A DNA stretch of 61,952 bases, counting the filler, from Clostridiaceae bacterium (GTDB lineage Bacteria > Bacillota > Clostridia > CAYPLH01 > DUMO01), in assembly GCA_012839865.1 (NCBI GenBank). It is 4 parts of 4 records of this genome, joined end to end, with 100 filler letters (N's around TTAATTAATTAA, not from the genome) between each part and the next. Parts side by side here need not be neighbours in the genome. Positions count along the whole stretch, not along the records: positions 1 to 27,166 come from DUMO01000034.1; positions 27,267 to 31,670 come from DUMO01000037.1; positions 31,771 to 37,949 come from DUMO01000038.1; 1 more part is not named here. One strand, 5' to 3'. The notes under the pieces were generated by a model. It searched no databases and was not told where the DNA came from. It worked only from the letters and a program-made list of their open reading frames with translations. Positions 21,608 through 32,322 of this stretch are shown piece after piece. Both the position numbers and the translations under genes were made by a program. Positions within the stretch are counted from its first letter, which is position 1, and every line of letters starts with the position of its first letter.

Positions 21608-23020
21608 ATGGGAGTAGGATTCAGTAGTTACGACATAGCCAGAAGCGGCATGATTGTTAATGAAAGGAGTCTTCATGTAACAGGACACAACATTGCAAAT
21701 GTTAATACTCCAGGCTATGTGCGCCAGCAAGCGATGATTGCAGATTCATTCTATACCGGCATATTAGGTGATCGTTTTCGGGTTGGGTTTGGCGCCTCCA
21801 TACAGGAAATCCGACAGATAAGGTATGAATTCCTGGATACTTTGTACCGGCAGGAGAACACTACTTTGGGCTATCTGGATGCAAAGGCGGAGACCTTCAG
21901 CAACATAGAGGAAATTCTCAGTGAGCCAATGAGAGACGGCCTTCAGAGCATGATGAACGGTTTCTGGGATTCATGGCAGGAGCTTGCCAAGGAACCCAAC
22001 AGTCTTACTGCAAGGGCCCTTGTAAGGCAAAGGGCGGATGTGCTTGTCAACCATATCAATCATATAGGTGAGCAGCTTAACAAATTGCAGGAGGACCTGG
22101 ACACTGAAATAAGAGTCAGGGTAAACGAAGTCAACAATCTTCTATACGATCTGGCAAAACTGAATGCAGACATATTACGTGCCGAAACTGCCGGGGATAC
22201 GGCAAATGATTACCGGGACAGGAGAAATCTTTTGCTGGACAGGTTATCTGAATTGGTGGATGTAGATATAACAGAGATGCTTGACGGTCAGGTGTCGGTC
22301 ATGTCCGGGGGATATTTTCTCCTGAATAAAACCGATGTCTCTCCATTATATGTGGAAGTTGACAGCAAAAAGAAGACTTTTTATAACCCAATAATTAAAG
22401 AACTTAATGTGGAAGTACCCCTCCAAAACGGTATTTTGAAAGGGCTTATAGAATCCAGGGATGAAATACTGCCGGATATAAAAAACCGGCTAAATACAGT
22501 TGTCAATGCCATGATCAGCAAAGTCAACGAGTATCACAGCAGCGGGCAGACCCTTGGCGGCAAGGACGGAGCAGATTTTTTTGTTGCCATCGACCCCACG
22601 ATGCCGGTTGGAATGTGCAACATAAGGCTTAATAGCAATCTGGTGGACCTTAACAATATAGTGTCAAGCTCCGACGGTACCAGTGGCAACAATGTTGTTG
22701 CATACCAGGTTGCAAACCTCAGGAATCAGGTATTGATATCCGCTGCCGAGGGAGAATTGAGTATTGATGATTATTACAATGCCATAATTCTGTATGTAGG
22801 GCATGAAGGTGCCAGCTTGAAAAGTGCGGCGGAAAATCAGCGCACCCTGGTTAATGCGGCCGAATCAAACAGGCAATCCGTAATGGCGGTGTCCCTTGAT
22901 GAAGAGATGGCAAACATGATTAAATTTAAATTTGCGTATAATGCATCATCAAGAACCATAAATGTAGTGGACCAAATGATTGATACCATAATAAGCAAAA
23001 TGGGCGTAATAGGCAGGTGA
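21608..23020 (+). CDS. flgK: Flagellar hook-associated protein FlgK, copy 1
   Basis: GHNIANVNTPGYVRQ, VSLDEEMANMIKF..AYNA. Confidence 0.93.
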   Translation: MGVGFSSYDIARSGMIVNERSLHVTGHNIANVNTPGYVRQQAMIADSFYTGILGDRFRVGFGASIQEIRQIRYEFLDTLYRQENTTLGYLDAKAETFSNIEEILSEPMRDGLQSMMNGFWDSWQELAKEPNSLTARALVRQRADVLVNHINHIGEQLNKLQEDLDTEIRVRVNEVNNLLYDLAKLNADILRAETAGDTANDYRDRRNLLLDRLSELVDVDITEMLDGQVSVMSGGYFLLNKTDVSPLYVEVDSKKKTFYNPIIKELNVEVPLQNGILKGLIESRDEILPDIKNRLNTVVNAMISKVNEYHSSGQTLGGKDGADFFVAIDPTMPVGMCNIRLNSNLVDLNNIVSSSDGTSGNNVVAYQVANLRNQVLISAAEGELSIDDYYNAIILYVGHEGASLKSAAENQRTLVNAAESNRQSVMAVSLDEEMANMIKFKFAYNASSRTINVVDQMIDTIISKMGVIGR

Positions 23021-23026
23021 TAATCA

Positions 23027-24640
23027 GTGCATGGAAGCTTTTTCGGACTGGGCATAGCTGCAAGGGGGCTTACAGCGGCTCAGAGAAATCTAGACGTGTT
23101 GAGCCATAATATAAGCAATGTGAACACTCCGGGATATACAAGGCAGCAAGCTGTTCAAACAGCCTCTCAGCCTCTGATTTCTTTCGATGGAACCGGAATG
23201 ATAGGCACCGGTTCGCAGGTTTCCGAAGTTATAAGGGTGCGGGATGAGTACCTTGATTATAAATTTTGGAGTGAGTCGGTGTTCCAGGGAGAATGGGATA
23301 TAAAGCGCCAGCTATTGTCTGAATTGGAAGCTGCCTTCAATGAGCCTTCTGATGGTGGTTTTTCAAAGGTTCTGGATGAGTATTTCAGTGCACTGCAGGA
23401 ACTTTCCAAGGATCCTTCCGCCCCGGCAACAAGGGCCCTTGTGAAGGAAAAGGGCATATCGGTGGCAAGATATTTCAACAATTTGGCTTACAGATTGGAA
23501 AAAATGCAGCATGATGTAAATCAGAATGTTTATATAAAAGTTGAGGAGATCAATTCTCTTGCTTCACAGATCAGCAAACTGAACCAGCAGATATATGTCA
23601 TGGAGGTTGACGGGAACAATGCCAACGACCTTAGGGACAGGCGGGAGCTTCTGGTGGATAAGCTCTCTAAAATCGTCAATATTGAAGCGTATGAAATTGT
23701 AAGAGGCAAGCTGCCCAGTGGAAAAGATGACAAATATTTTGTTGTCTCCATCGGCGGGAAGCCTATTGTCAACCATTTTGAATTGTCGGAACTAAAAGTT
23801 CACCCCAGGGACGAGAAACTGAACGCAGAAGATATCAATAACCTTTTCGAAATAAAATGGGCGGATGGAAGCAGTATAAACATAACCGGCGGCGAACTTA
23901 AAGGTTATCTGGATGTACGTGACGGAAACAGTGGCCTAAACGACAGCCCTCTTTTCAAGGGGATACCCCACTACATAAATAAACTCAATACTTTTGTCAG
24001 AACTTTTGCCATGGCGTTGAATGAAGGCTATTGTGACAACAACGCCAACGGGATAATTGAACCTGACGAAGATTTATTGGGACATGCCGACGGGTTCTGG
24101 CTGGATTCGGTGGAAGGGGAATTGCCTTCAGGTATACGGTTTTTTACAATGCTGGACCGGGATGGAAATCCAATGGACAGTATGAGCTTTATGGGCTCTG
24201 CCACCACAATAGATGAAATAGTGTCCAGATATGACGGTATTACCGCAAAGAATTTTTCCGTAAGCGCAGATGTGTTGGACAATATAAGCAAAATCTCCAC
24301 ATCGGTTAATGCAGGAGAAAAAGGAAATGCCAAAATTATCGAGCAGATGCTGAAGATGAGAAGCAATACCCATATGTTTTCCGAAGGAAACCCGGAGGAT
24401 TATATGAAATCACTGATTGCCACACTGGGTGTTGACTCACAGCAGGCAGTCAAGTATTCCGACAACCAGAACAGCATCATAAAAATGATACAAAACAGGA
24501 GGATGTCGGTGTCGGGTGTTTCCGTGGATGAGGAAATGGCCAATATGATCAAGTTCCAGCATGCATATTCAGCTGCTGCAAAAATTATAAACACCTATAT
24601 GGAACTTTACGATATACTTATAAACCGTGTGGGGTTGTAG
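23027..24640 (+). CDS. flgK: Flagellar hook-associated protein FlgK, copy 2
   Basis: SHNISNVNTPGYTRQ, SGVSVDEEMANMIKFQHAY.A. Confidence 0.93.
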   Translation: MHGSFFGLGIAARGLTAAQRNLDVLSHNISNVNTPGYTRQQAVQTASQPLISFDGTGMIGTGSQVSEVIRVRDEYLDYKFWSESVFQGEWDIKRQLLSELEAAFNEPSDGGFSKVLDEYFSALQELSKDPSAPATRALVKEKGISVARYFNNLAYRLEKMQHDVNQNVYIKVEEINSLASQISKLNQQIYVMEVDGNNANDLRDRRELLVDKLSKIVNIEAYEIVRGKLPSGKDDKYFVVSIGGKPIVNHFELSELKVHPRDEKLNAEDINNLFEIKWADGSSINITGGELKGYLDVRDGNSGLNDSPLFKGIPHYINKLNTFVRTFAMALNEGYCDNNANGIIEPDEDLLGHADGFWLDSVEGELPSGIRFFTMLDRDGNPMDSMSFMGSATTIDEIVSRYDGITAKNFSVSADVLDNISKISTSVNAGEKGNAKIIEQMLKMRSNTHMFSEGNPEDYMKSLIATLGVDSQQAVKYSDNQNSIIKMIQNRRMSVSGVSVDEEMANMIKFQHAYSAAAKIINTYMELYDILINRVGL

Positions 24641-24796
24641 ACCGGAAAAGACGGGTTGGGCGCAAAACTTAAGTTGTATGCAATGACCCTGTCCAGAAGG
24701 CAAAAAAGGGCGGCTGATTTACAACCAGAGTGTTTATATCTTTTGACATAAGTTATAAACCGTTGCAAGACGGGACAGGTAAAGGAGTGTTGAAAC

Positions 24797-25705
24797 GTGC
24801 GGATAACAAATAGTATGTTGATTAACAACATGATATCAAATATAAACAAAAACCTGATAAACCTTGACAAATACCAGCAGCAGCTTGCCACCGGCAAGAA
24901 GATTCAGGTCCCTTCAGACGACCCGGTAATCGCAGCACGGGCCCTGAAACTCAGGACCGATGTCTCAAAGCTCAATCAATACAAGAGAAATATTGATGAT
25001 GCCAAGTCCTGGCTGGAGTATACCGACAGTATTCTGTCCCAGATCGGGGATGTGCTCCACAGGGCAAGAGAACTGGCCGTTGAGGGTGCAAACGGTACCA
25101 TGACGCCGGAGGACATGATGACCGTGAAGGAAGAAATTGAGGAGCTGAAAACCCAGCTTATTCACCTTTCCAACAGTTCCTATGCAGGAAGGTATATTTT
25201 TTCAGGTTTTTCCACCGATAAAAAGCTGCTGGATGAAAACGGAGCCTTTGCTTTAGATATGGACAGTTCCCAAATAATCCGGTATGAAATCGGTGTTGGA
25301 GACGACATAAATATAAATGTTCCGGGGAATGAGCTGTTTAACATGGGAGGCACAGCTGTGAAGGGTGAAAAGGGTAAGCTTATAAAGGATATGGACACTC
25401 TTATAGCAGCCCTGGAATCGGCGGATGGCGGCAAAGTGAGGACGGCTCTGGGACTTATTGACGAAAATTTTGAGAATATTTTAATGATAAGGGCAGACGC
25501 AGGAGCAAGGCATAACAGGCTTGAACTTACTAAAAACCGTGTTGATAACGACATAATAAATTTTGTCAGGCTTATGAGTGAAAACGAGGATGTAGATATG
25601 GCTGAGACTGTAATGAGGCTGTCAAACGAGGAGTATGTGTACAGAGCGTCACTGGCAGGGGGGGCAAGGATTATACAACCCTCGCTGGTGGATTTTCTAC
25701 GGTAA
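24797..25705 (+). CDS. flgL: Flagellar hook-associated protein FlgL
   Basis: MRITNSM, QLATGKKI..PSDDP, EDVDMAE, SLVDFLR. Confidence 0.95.
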   Translation: MRITNSMLINNMISNINKNLINLDKYQQQLATGKKIQVPSDDPVIAARALKLRTDVSKLNQYKRNIDDAKSWLEYTDSILSQIGDVLHRARELAVEGANGTMTPEDMMTVKEEIEELKTQLIHLSNSSYAGRYIFSGFSTDKKLLDENGAFALDMDSSQIIRYEIGVGDDININVPGNELFNMGGTAVKGEKGKLIKDMDTLIAALESADGGKVRTALGLIDENFENILMIRADAGARHNRLELTKNRVDNDIINFVRLMSENEDVDMAETVMRLSNEEYVYRASLAGGARIIQPSLVDFLR

Positions 25706-25804
25706 ACAGAATAAATCACTTTATAAAAACTTAGCCTGAAGTCTTGGAATAAAGGCTGATCTTGATGTTTCAATGTAGTTTAATCAAAAACTGGGGGATG
25801 AAAA

Positions 25805-26248
25805 ATGCAAATTGAAACAAAATATTTTGGGATGGTTGAAATTGATGAGAATGCTATAATTGATTTTCCGGAGGGGTTGCCCGGATTTGAAGATGAAAAA
25901 AGATTTGTTCTCCTTGGCAAACAGCCGGAGCAAAACCCCTTTGTATGGCTGCAGTGCGTTGATTGCCCGCAGCTTGCATTTGTAATGATAGACCCAAGGA
26001 CGCTGATAGAGGACTACACGGTTGATGTAGACGATTCCGAAGTGGAAATTCTTGATATTGTTGATACCAATAATGTTTTGATATATTCTATTGTTGTAGT
26101 GCCGGAAGACATATCAAAAATGACAGCTAATTTGAAGGCTCCTGTTTTAATAAACAGTGTTGCGAAAAAAGGAAAACAGGTTATACTGGATAATGAGGAA
26201 TACCGGATAAGACATTATATTATGGATAAGGAGCGCACCAGATGCTGA
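25805..26248 (+). CDS. fliW: Flagellar assembly factor FliW
   Basis: [32 protein letters not shown]. Confidence 0.95.
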   Translation: MQIETKYFGMVEIDENAIIDFPEGLPGFEDEKRFVLLGKQPEQNPFVWLQCVDCPQLAFVMIDPRTLIEDYTVDVDDSEVEILDIVDTNNVLIYSIVVVPEDISKMTANLKAPVLINSVAKKGKQVILDNEEYRIRHYIMDKERTRC

Positions 26249-26463
26249 TACTGTCCAGAAAAAAAGACCAGTCTATTATGATAGGGGATAATATTGAGGT
26301 TAAGATCATCGATATTCAGGGTGACCAGGTGCGCCTTGGCATAAATGCACCTAAAAATATAGCTGTCCACAGGAAAGAAATTTATTATGAAATTAAGGAA
26401 GAAAACAAACGGGCAGCTAACATCAACCCTGAAGTTCTCAGTAATTTCAATAAGCAAGAATGA
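26242..26463 (+). CDS. csrA: Carbon storage regulator CsrA
   Basis: [23 protein letters not shown]....HRKEIY. Confidence 0.97.
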   Translation: MLILSRKKDQSIMIGDNIEVKIIDIQGDQVRLGINAPKNIAVHRKEIYYEIKEENKRAANINPEVLSNFNKQE

Positions 26464-26515
26464 AGTCGAAAGGACATTATTTTTGATTTTTTATGCAAAA
26501 CTTTAATTTTTCCTG

Positions 26516-26542
26516 TAAAGTTTTTTTGAAAAAGTACGATAT
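26516..26542 (+). promoter_or_regulatory. Sigma-28 promoter of flagellin
   Basis: TAAA-N15-TACGATAT. Confidence 0.7.
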
Positions 26543-26612
26543 AAAATAATGAGTAAGCCTTTTGAATTTCTTTGCCGGCAAAAGAAAGGTTCAAAAGTAC
26601 TTATAAATTTAA

Positions 26613-26650
26613 GGGAAAGGATTCCCAGATTAAAAAATCAAGGAGGATTT
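26613..26650 (+). promoter_or_regulatory. Putative CsrA-binding sites in flagellin leader
   Basis: GGGAA-AGGA-TTCCC hairpin exposing GGA, and a second GGA in the AAGGAGGA RBS. Confidence 0.65.
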
Positions 26651-26655
26651 AAATT

Positions 26656-27166
26656 ATGCGTATCAACAACAATATCATGGCGATGAATACTTATCGTCAG
26701 CTTGGCATTGGCAATTCTTCAGCCGCCAAATCAATGGAAAAGCTCTCTTCCGGTTACAGAATCAACAGGGCGGGAGACGACGCAGCAGGTCTTTCAATCT
26801 CTGAGAAAATGAGAGGCCAGATCAGGGGACTTAAAATGGCTTCCAAAAATGCCCAGGACGGTATTTCATTAATCCAGACAGCAGAAGGCGCTTTAAATGA
26901 GACCCACGCAATTCTCCAGAGAATGAGAGAGCTTGCGGTACAGTCTGCGAATGACACAAACGTTGACATTGACCGCGACGCAATCCAGGGAGAAATTGAC
27001 CAACTGGCTGCTGAAATCACCCGTATAGCTCAAAATACCAACTTCAACGAGCAGAATTTGCTGGACGGAACATTTGTGGACAAAATTTTCCACATTGGAG
27101 CAAATGCTGACCAGTCACTGGCAATCAGCATCGGCAATATGGATGCTGCAACTCTGCAGGTTTTGA
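26656..27166 (+). CDS. fliC: Flagellin, 5' part only (cut by contig end)
   Basis: MRINNNI.AMN, EKLSSGYRINRAGDDAAGL.ISEKMR.QIRGL. Confidence 0.96.
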
Positions 27167-27266
27167 NNNNNNNNNNNNNNNNNNNNNNNNNNNNNNNNNN
27201 NNNNNNNNNNTTAATTAATTAANNNNNNNNNNNNNNNNNNNNNNNNNNNNNNNNNNNNNNNNNNNN
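27167..27266. other. Artificial contig linker
   Basis: 44 N + TTAATTAATTAA (six-frame stop) + 44 N. Confidence 0.97.
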
Positions 27267-27393
27267 TGTGCCATCTTAATCATACCTTTCCTCCTGTACG
27301 AAATGTCTTGTCAACATAATCATACAGGAAAATTTGATTAAGGTGGCCTATTTTTTTACCGGTATGTGGTACACTTTTAGAGTAGCATTAACA
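27267..27393 (-). mobile_element. IS21-family-like left end, copy A (truncated by contig end)
   Basis: Reverse complement of 37823-37949; starts TGTTAATGC, repeated AAAA..[T/G][A/G]CCAC subterminal motifs, RBS + ATG ATT AAG ATG GCA CA. Confidence 0.75.
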
Positions 27394-27420
27394 GTGGGAT
27401 TAGCACGACCAAGATTGCAG

Positions 27421-28146
27421 ATGAACGAGGTGATATATATAATTGGTAAAAACTCTATACGCATTATATATGGAGACAACCCCAGGCAAATGGTAAAAGA
27501 ACTGCTTGAAACCATTAAACCAGAAGAAGAAATTGGGAAAAATGCAATTATCGGTATTAAACCAAATCTGGTTGTGGCAAAGCCATCAAGCTCAGGTGCA
27601 ACAACCTCACCTGAAATTGTGGAAGGGCTCATTGAATATTTGAAGTCCAAAGAGCGCGATAATATAGTAATCATGGAAGGCTCCTGGGTGGGGGACAGGA
27701 CATCGGAAGCCTTCAAAGTATGCGGGTACGAGGATTTGTCGAAGAAATACAATGTTCAACTTATTGATCTAAAAAAAAATAAATATAAGGCATATGAAAT
27801 AAACGGTTTTAAAATAAACATCTGCGATTTTGTTTCAAAGGTTGATTATTTAATAAACATTCCGGTCCTGAAAGGCCACTGCCAGACTAATATAACCTGC
27901 GCTTTAAAGAATATGAAGGGCTGCATACCCGATTCTGAGAAAAGAAAATTTCACACCATGGGTTTGCATAAACCTATAGCTTATCTGAACAAGCTTATTA
28001 AACAAAGTTTGATAATTGTCGACGGAATGAACGGCGACCTCAACTTTGAAGAAGGTGGCAACCCGGTCCAGATGAACAGGATAATCAAACTCCATATAAA
28101 AAGAAATCCACGCAAATTGATTTTTTGCATTATTTTTATTTATTGA
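27421..28146 (+). pseudogene. DUF362 domain protein, 3' truncated
   Basis: IKPNLV, ATTSPE, INIPVLKGHCQT.ITCALKNMKG, GGNPV.MNRII; similarity appears to stop near 28085; start codon uncertain. Confidence 0.7.
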
Positions 28147-28196
28147 ATGCATAATTCTCACACCCCAAATTTAAAAAAATTTATAGTAAACCATAC

Positions 28197-31100
28197 TTAT
28201 AACTTACCCATAATATCCAATAGATCTTGGTAACTTTTTACATCGTGGTACTTGACTTTACTTGTGGACAGACGATTGAAAAGCATTTTTGCACACTTTA
28301 TTTTAGCTTGTTCAATAGGTTTCAAATTTAAGCTTTCCATTGTTCCTTTTGTCTCAGCAATAAAATAAATGTGCTTTACTGTGCCTTCATTAAAAACAAT
28401 GGCCCAATCCGGGGTATAATTGCCAACTGGCGTAGGAATAGCAAAGCCTTTTGGCAACTTGGCATATACGCATACTTCATCGGCCTTGTCCATATCTTCT
28501 GCAAAACGGCGTTCAACGCTTTTTTCAGCGTAACCATCAGTAATTACATAGTCCTGAATACATTTTTTTGCCCGAAAAACTTTTGTAAAATCACTCGTCC
28601 CTTTATCAGCAGTAAAAATATTACTGTCATACATCTTTTCGATCTGGTTATAAGTAATATGTTCAACAATCATGGTAGCCTTTTGCTCGTTTATTAGGCG
28701 TATTGCTTTGGTTATAAACTCTTCAGGGTTCATCTTAAAGCAATAAAATACAGGTTTTTCAATTCCAGAAAGTATAGCTGCTACTGTACGGCGTGTCAGT
28801 ATTGTACCTTCTGCAATCTTACCAATCAGGTCATATTTAATTTGACTTGCTGCAGCATGTTCCAAAGTTATAGTTCTGGATTTTTCACTGATAAAGCTAT
28901 CACCGTGCGTGATAGAGTTTGCATCCAGTTCGTCTGCCTGTCTGCCGGTTGTAACCGTATATTTAAGTTTCGTTACATACATGTTTGCATTAATATGTTT
29001 AATTGCTTTTTCTATCAGTTCCTGGCTATCAAACTCGACACTATAAGCATACTGACGGTTAATAAAGTTCCAAAGAGTTTGGAATTCTTTCTTATAAAAA
29101 TTATCGTTAAAAGGATTATCTAAAATTTTAGTCTTATTGCCGTTTTCTATCATTCGACTTAATACACTTTCGTCAAATACGCTTTGAATCAATGTATGAA
29201 CAACATTACCCAATAATACGAGGGATTCAGGCAGTGGAGCCAAACAGTTGTTTTCTAGATCTATTCGGTAATTTTCTGTAATACTATCATTGTTGTCAAT
29301 ATAATCATTTTTGATAAGATAACGGTAAATGTCCTTAGCTTCCTGCACACTAAGAACATGAGTTTTTTCTCCAACCAGAACAGTCTTACCGGTAAAATAT
29401 TCTACTGTGGCTTTTGTAGGACGTTCATATAACGCTTCTTTAATACCAGTTTGTAAATCCGCTACAAAATTTTTATATCCTTCACTGGCGATTACAGTAA
29501 GTATATTTGGTATCGTGAACAGAATCACCGTATAAATCTGAATCCATACGTTCGCCCTTTTGATTTACGCACAAACGAAGTCCTCTGCCCACTTCTTGCC
29601 GCTTATGTGTAGGGCTTGAGCCACCGTGCTTTAATGTGCAGATCTGAAAAACATTAGGGTTATCCCAGCCTTCCCGCAAAGCGGAGTGGGAAAAAATAAA
29701 GCGAACGGGTTCATGAAAACTTAGAAGACGCTCCTTGTCTCTTAAGATCAGTTCGTATGCGGAGACATCGTCACTTTCATCACTTCCACGTTTGGTTGGA
29801 CTGTCTACTTTTCGGCCATGTTTGTCAATACTGAAATAGCCTGTGTGGGTTTTTGAAGGATCAATGCTTTTCAGGTACCGTATATAAGGAGTGTCTTCAA
29901 AAGTGATGTAATCGTTCAGAACATTTTTATATTCCTGCTCAAACAACTCACCATATTCAGAGTTGACTTCTTCACCTGTTTCATTATATTTACGGTACTT
30001 AGCTACTTCGTCAATAAAGAATAACGAAAGGGTTTTGATGCCCATTTCAAAAAGGTATTTTTCTTTTTCAAAGTGTGAAATAATTGTCTCCCGGATTTGT
30101 ATCCTGCGGAGATCCTTTTCAGAAACATCACCGATGACTTCTCCCCTTGACAATACCACACCGTTAGTAAAGGTAACTGTACCGCTTATTGGATCAATGT
30201 CGCTGATACGGTACCCTCTGTATTGCTCCATTTCGTTGGATTCACAATAAAGGTCATCACCTATTTCGAGGATGCGGATGTCGCGGCTGAACGAATTTTT
30301 GTGTTTGATTTCAATTTCAATTTTAGCCTTTGGCGGTTTTGTAGGTGATATGATGATGCTCTCAAGGAATAAATACCTGTCAGTACCCCTGAGGTTTTTA
30401 ACTTCAAATCCTTTGACTTCAATTTTTTTAACTAACTTTTTATTATAAGCGTCTACCGCGTCCAAAACATATACCAGGTTATGATGCTTGACATGGGTGG
30501 CTGAGTAGTTAATACAAAATAGAGGATTAAAATTTGCCAATGCTTTTTGGGTCTTCTCTCCGCCCATTTTCTGAGGTTCATCCAAAATGAGAATAGGATG
30601 GTTGGCTTTTATGACATCAATAGGCCTACGACTACCAAAATCATCTAATTTTTCATAAATACGTCTGGCTTCTTTGCTTCTTGCAACTTCTTTCATTGAT
30701 GTATTGAAGGCCTGAATATTGATAATCATGACATTTATCCCGCTGCTAGTACTAAAATTGTCAAGTGCAGATAAATTTTTGCTGTTGTAAATGAAACAGC
30801 GGGCTTTTTTCTTGTAATGCTCCATGAAGTGATCCTGAGTAATTTGAAAAGTCTTATATACCCCTTCACGGATTGCAATGGAAGGAACCACTACAATAAA
30901 TTTGCTCCATCCATAGCGTTTATTTAATTCAAAAATGGTCTTTATATATACATAGGTTTTACCTGTACCGGTTTCCATTTCTACATCCAAGCTGCAAGCT
31001 CCAAGATGATTGACTAAACTGTCTGATTGTTTTATATTATTGCGGGCTTGCACGTTACGGATATTTCTCAAAAGCTGCTCAGGTGACAGAACAAGCCGTG

Positions 31101-31302
31101 CGTTCGCAAAACCTAAAGGTGTATGATCATTTGAAGGGTTGGCTTCATTAAATATTGACATTTGCATGTACTGGTCTTTTTTGGTAATACCTTTATCTCT
31201 AATATAACTAACCCGCTCAGCAAAGGGTTGCCCTGCAAAGACATCGATGACGCTGTTGACGGCATCTGTCTGATATTGCTGTATCTTAAACTTAAATTTC
31301 AT
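28197..31302 (-). pseudogene. res: Type III restriction endonuclease Res subunit, split by a single-base frameshift
   Basis: EMETGTGKT, ILDEPQ, SHSALREGWDNPNVFQICTL, RQEVGRGLRL in 29482-31302; PDWAIV...AETKG nuclease motif in 28197-29528. Confidence 0.9.
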
Positions 31303-31315
31303 TATGGTGCCTCCT

Positions 31316-31670
31316 TTACAGAACTTTCCTTATTGTTGACGGGCTATAGGTTTCAAAAATTTGTTCAAAATTGGTGGCAACGCTGTCACTGGCCATGCCA
31401 CTGTCCCGAAAAACTGCGTAATAAGGCTGTTTTTTCGCAATTTCCCTGACTACCTTGTTTGTTATATTTTCATCAAAGCAGGCCATTAGGTAGCCATCCG
31501 CTACACTGTAAACTTTATTGCCGCTTATAACTATTTCTTCGATTTTGCTGGATAATAGTACTCCAAGATCAAGCATAGCCTGGAAAAGAAGATCCTCCGG
31601 AGTACGATTGGGTTTAATATTATCTACAAGGTACGAAAGCTGTTCCTGTGAGTACTGTTCGGGTTTGTAA
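31316..31670 (-). CDS. mod: Type III R-M methyltransferase Mod, C-terminal part (5' part lost in gap)
   Basis: RTPEDLLFQAMLDLG..LSSKIEE, AVFRDSGMASDSVATNFEQIF; directly upstream of res. Confidence 0.85.
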
Positions 31671-31770
31671 NNNNNNNNNNNNNNNNNNNNNNNNNNNNNN
31701 NNNNNNNNNNNNNNTTAATTAATTAANNNNNNNNNNNNNNNNNNNNNNNNNNNNNNNNNNNNNNNNNNNN
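31671..31770. other. Artificial contig linker
   Basis: 44 N + TTAATTAATTAA + 44 N. Confidence 0.97.
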
Positions 31771-31968
31771 AATGAACAGTCCCTCAATACCGACCGCTTT
31801 TTGGCACTGGTTAAAAAGTACACAGAAATTACAGAATTGGATGCAGAGATTATCCGAGAGTTCATTGACAAAATTATAGTATTTAAGGCTGAAAAGGTAG
31901 ATGGCCGCAGAACCCAGCGGATTCAAATTTTCTATAACTGCATTGGCGCTATCGACTTACCAAAATAA
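31771..31968 (+). mobile_element. C-terminal tail of a TnpX-like large serine recombinase (DUF4368-type), not in ORF track
   Basis: Manual translation [65 protein letters not shown]. Confidence 0.8.
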
Positions 31969-31977
31969 ACGAAAAAA

Positions 31978-32015
31978 CGGCATAGCCGAATATCAACGAC
32001 TATGCCGAATTTTTT
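31978..32015 (+). terminator. Hairpin/terminator after recombinase
   Basis: CGGCATAG...CTATGCCG stem followed by AATTTTTT. Confidence 0.6.
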
Positions 32016-32322
32016 AGGAATTATAAATCCCTATCTGACCGCTCCTAAAGGCTCTTTTTTTGTATAGAAAATTGCAGCATGCCAATAATTAATAAATAGT
32101 CGGGATAAAATGACAAGGATAGCCAATACTATAATTGAATATGCCCGGAACTTCGATTCTGCCCTGTGTTTGTTCAAAGAATGAGCATCTCATGGAAATG
32201 CTTGAAAAATTATCAATTAAAACACGGGACCGGGATTGATTTTTGGGCAAATTTGGGAATAGCACCGCTTGTTTTCATAAGCACCTTAAGCAGAAAATCG
32301 TTATGCATAGGGAGGAACTGTA

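Noticed and set aside
27211..27222. TTAATTAATTAA repeated three times (also 31715 and 37994)
   Set aside because: Six-frame stop linker centred in 100-bp N blocks; an assembly artefact.
27334..27420. N-terminus MIKVAYFFTGMWYTFRVALT shared by ORFs 27334-28146 and 37682-37882
   Set aside because: It is the antisense reading of the IS end running into flanking DNA, not a shared protein domain.
27167..32060. One island comprising IS, type III R-M and recombinase next to flagellin
   Set aside because: Spans two artificial joins; linkage cannot be shown from this sequence.
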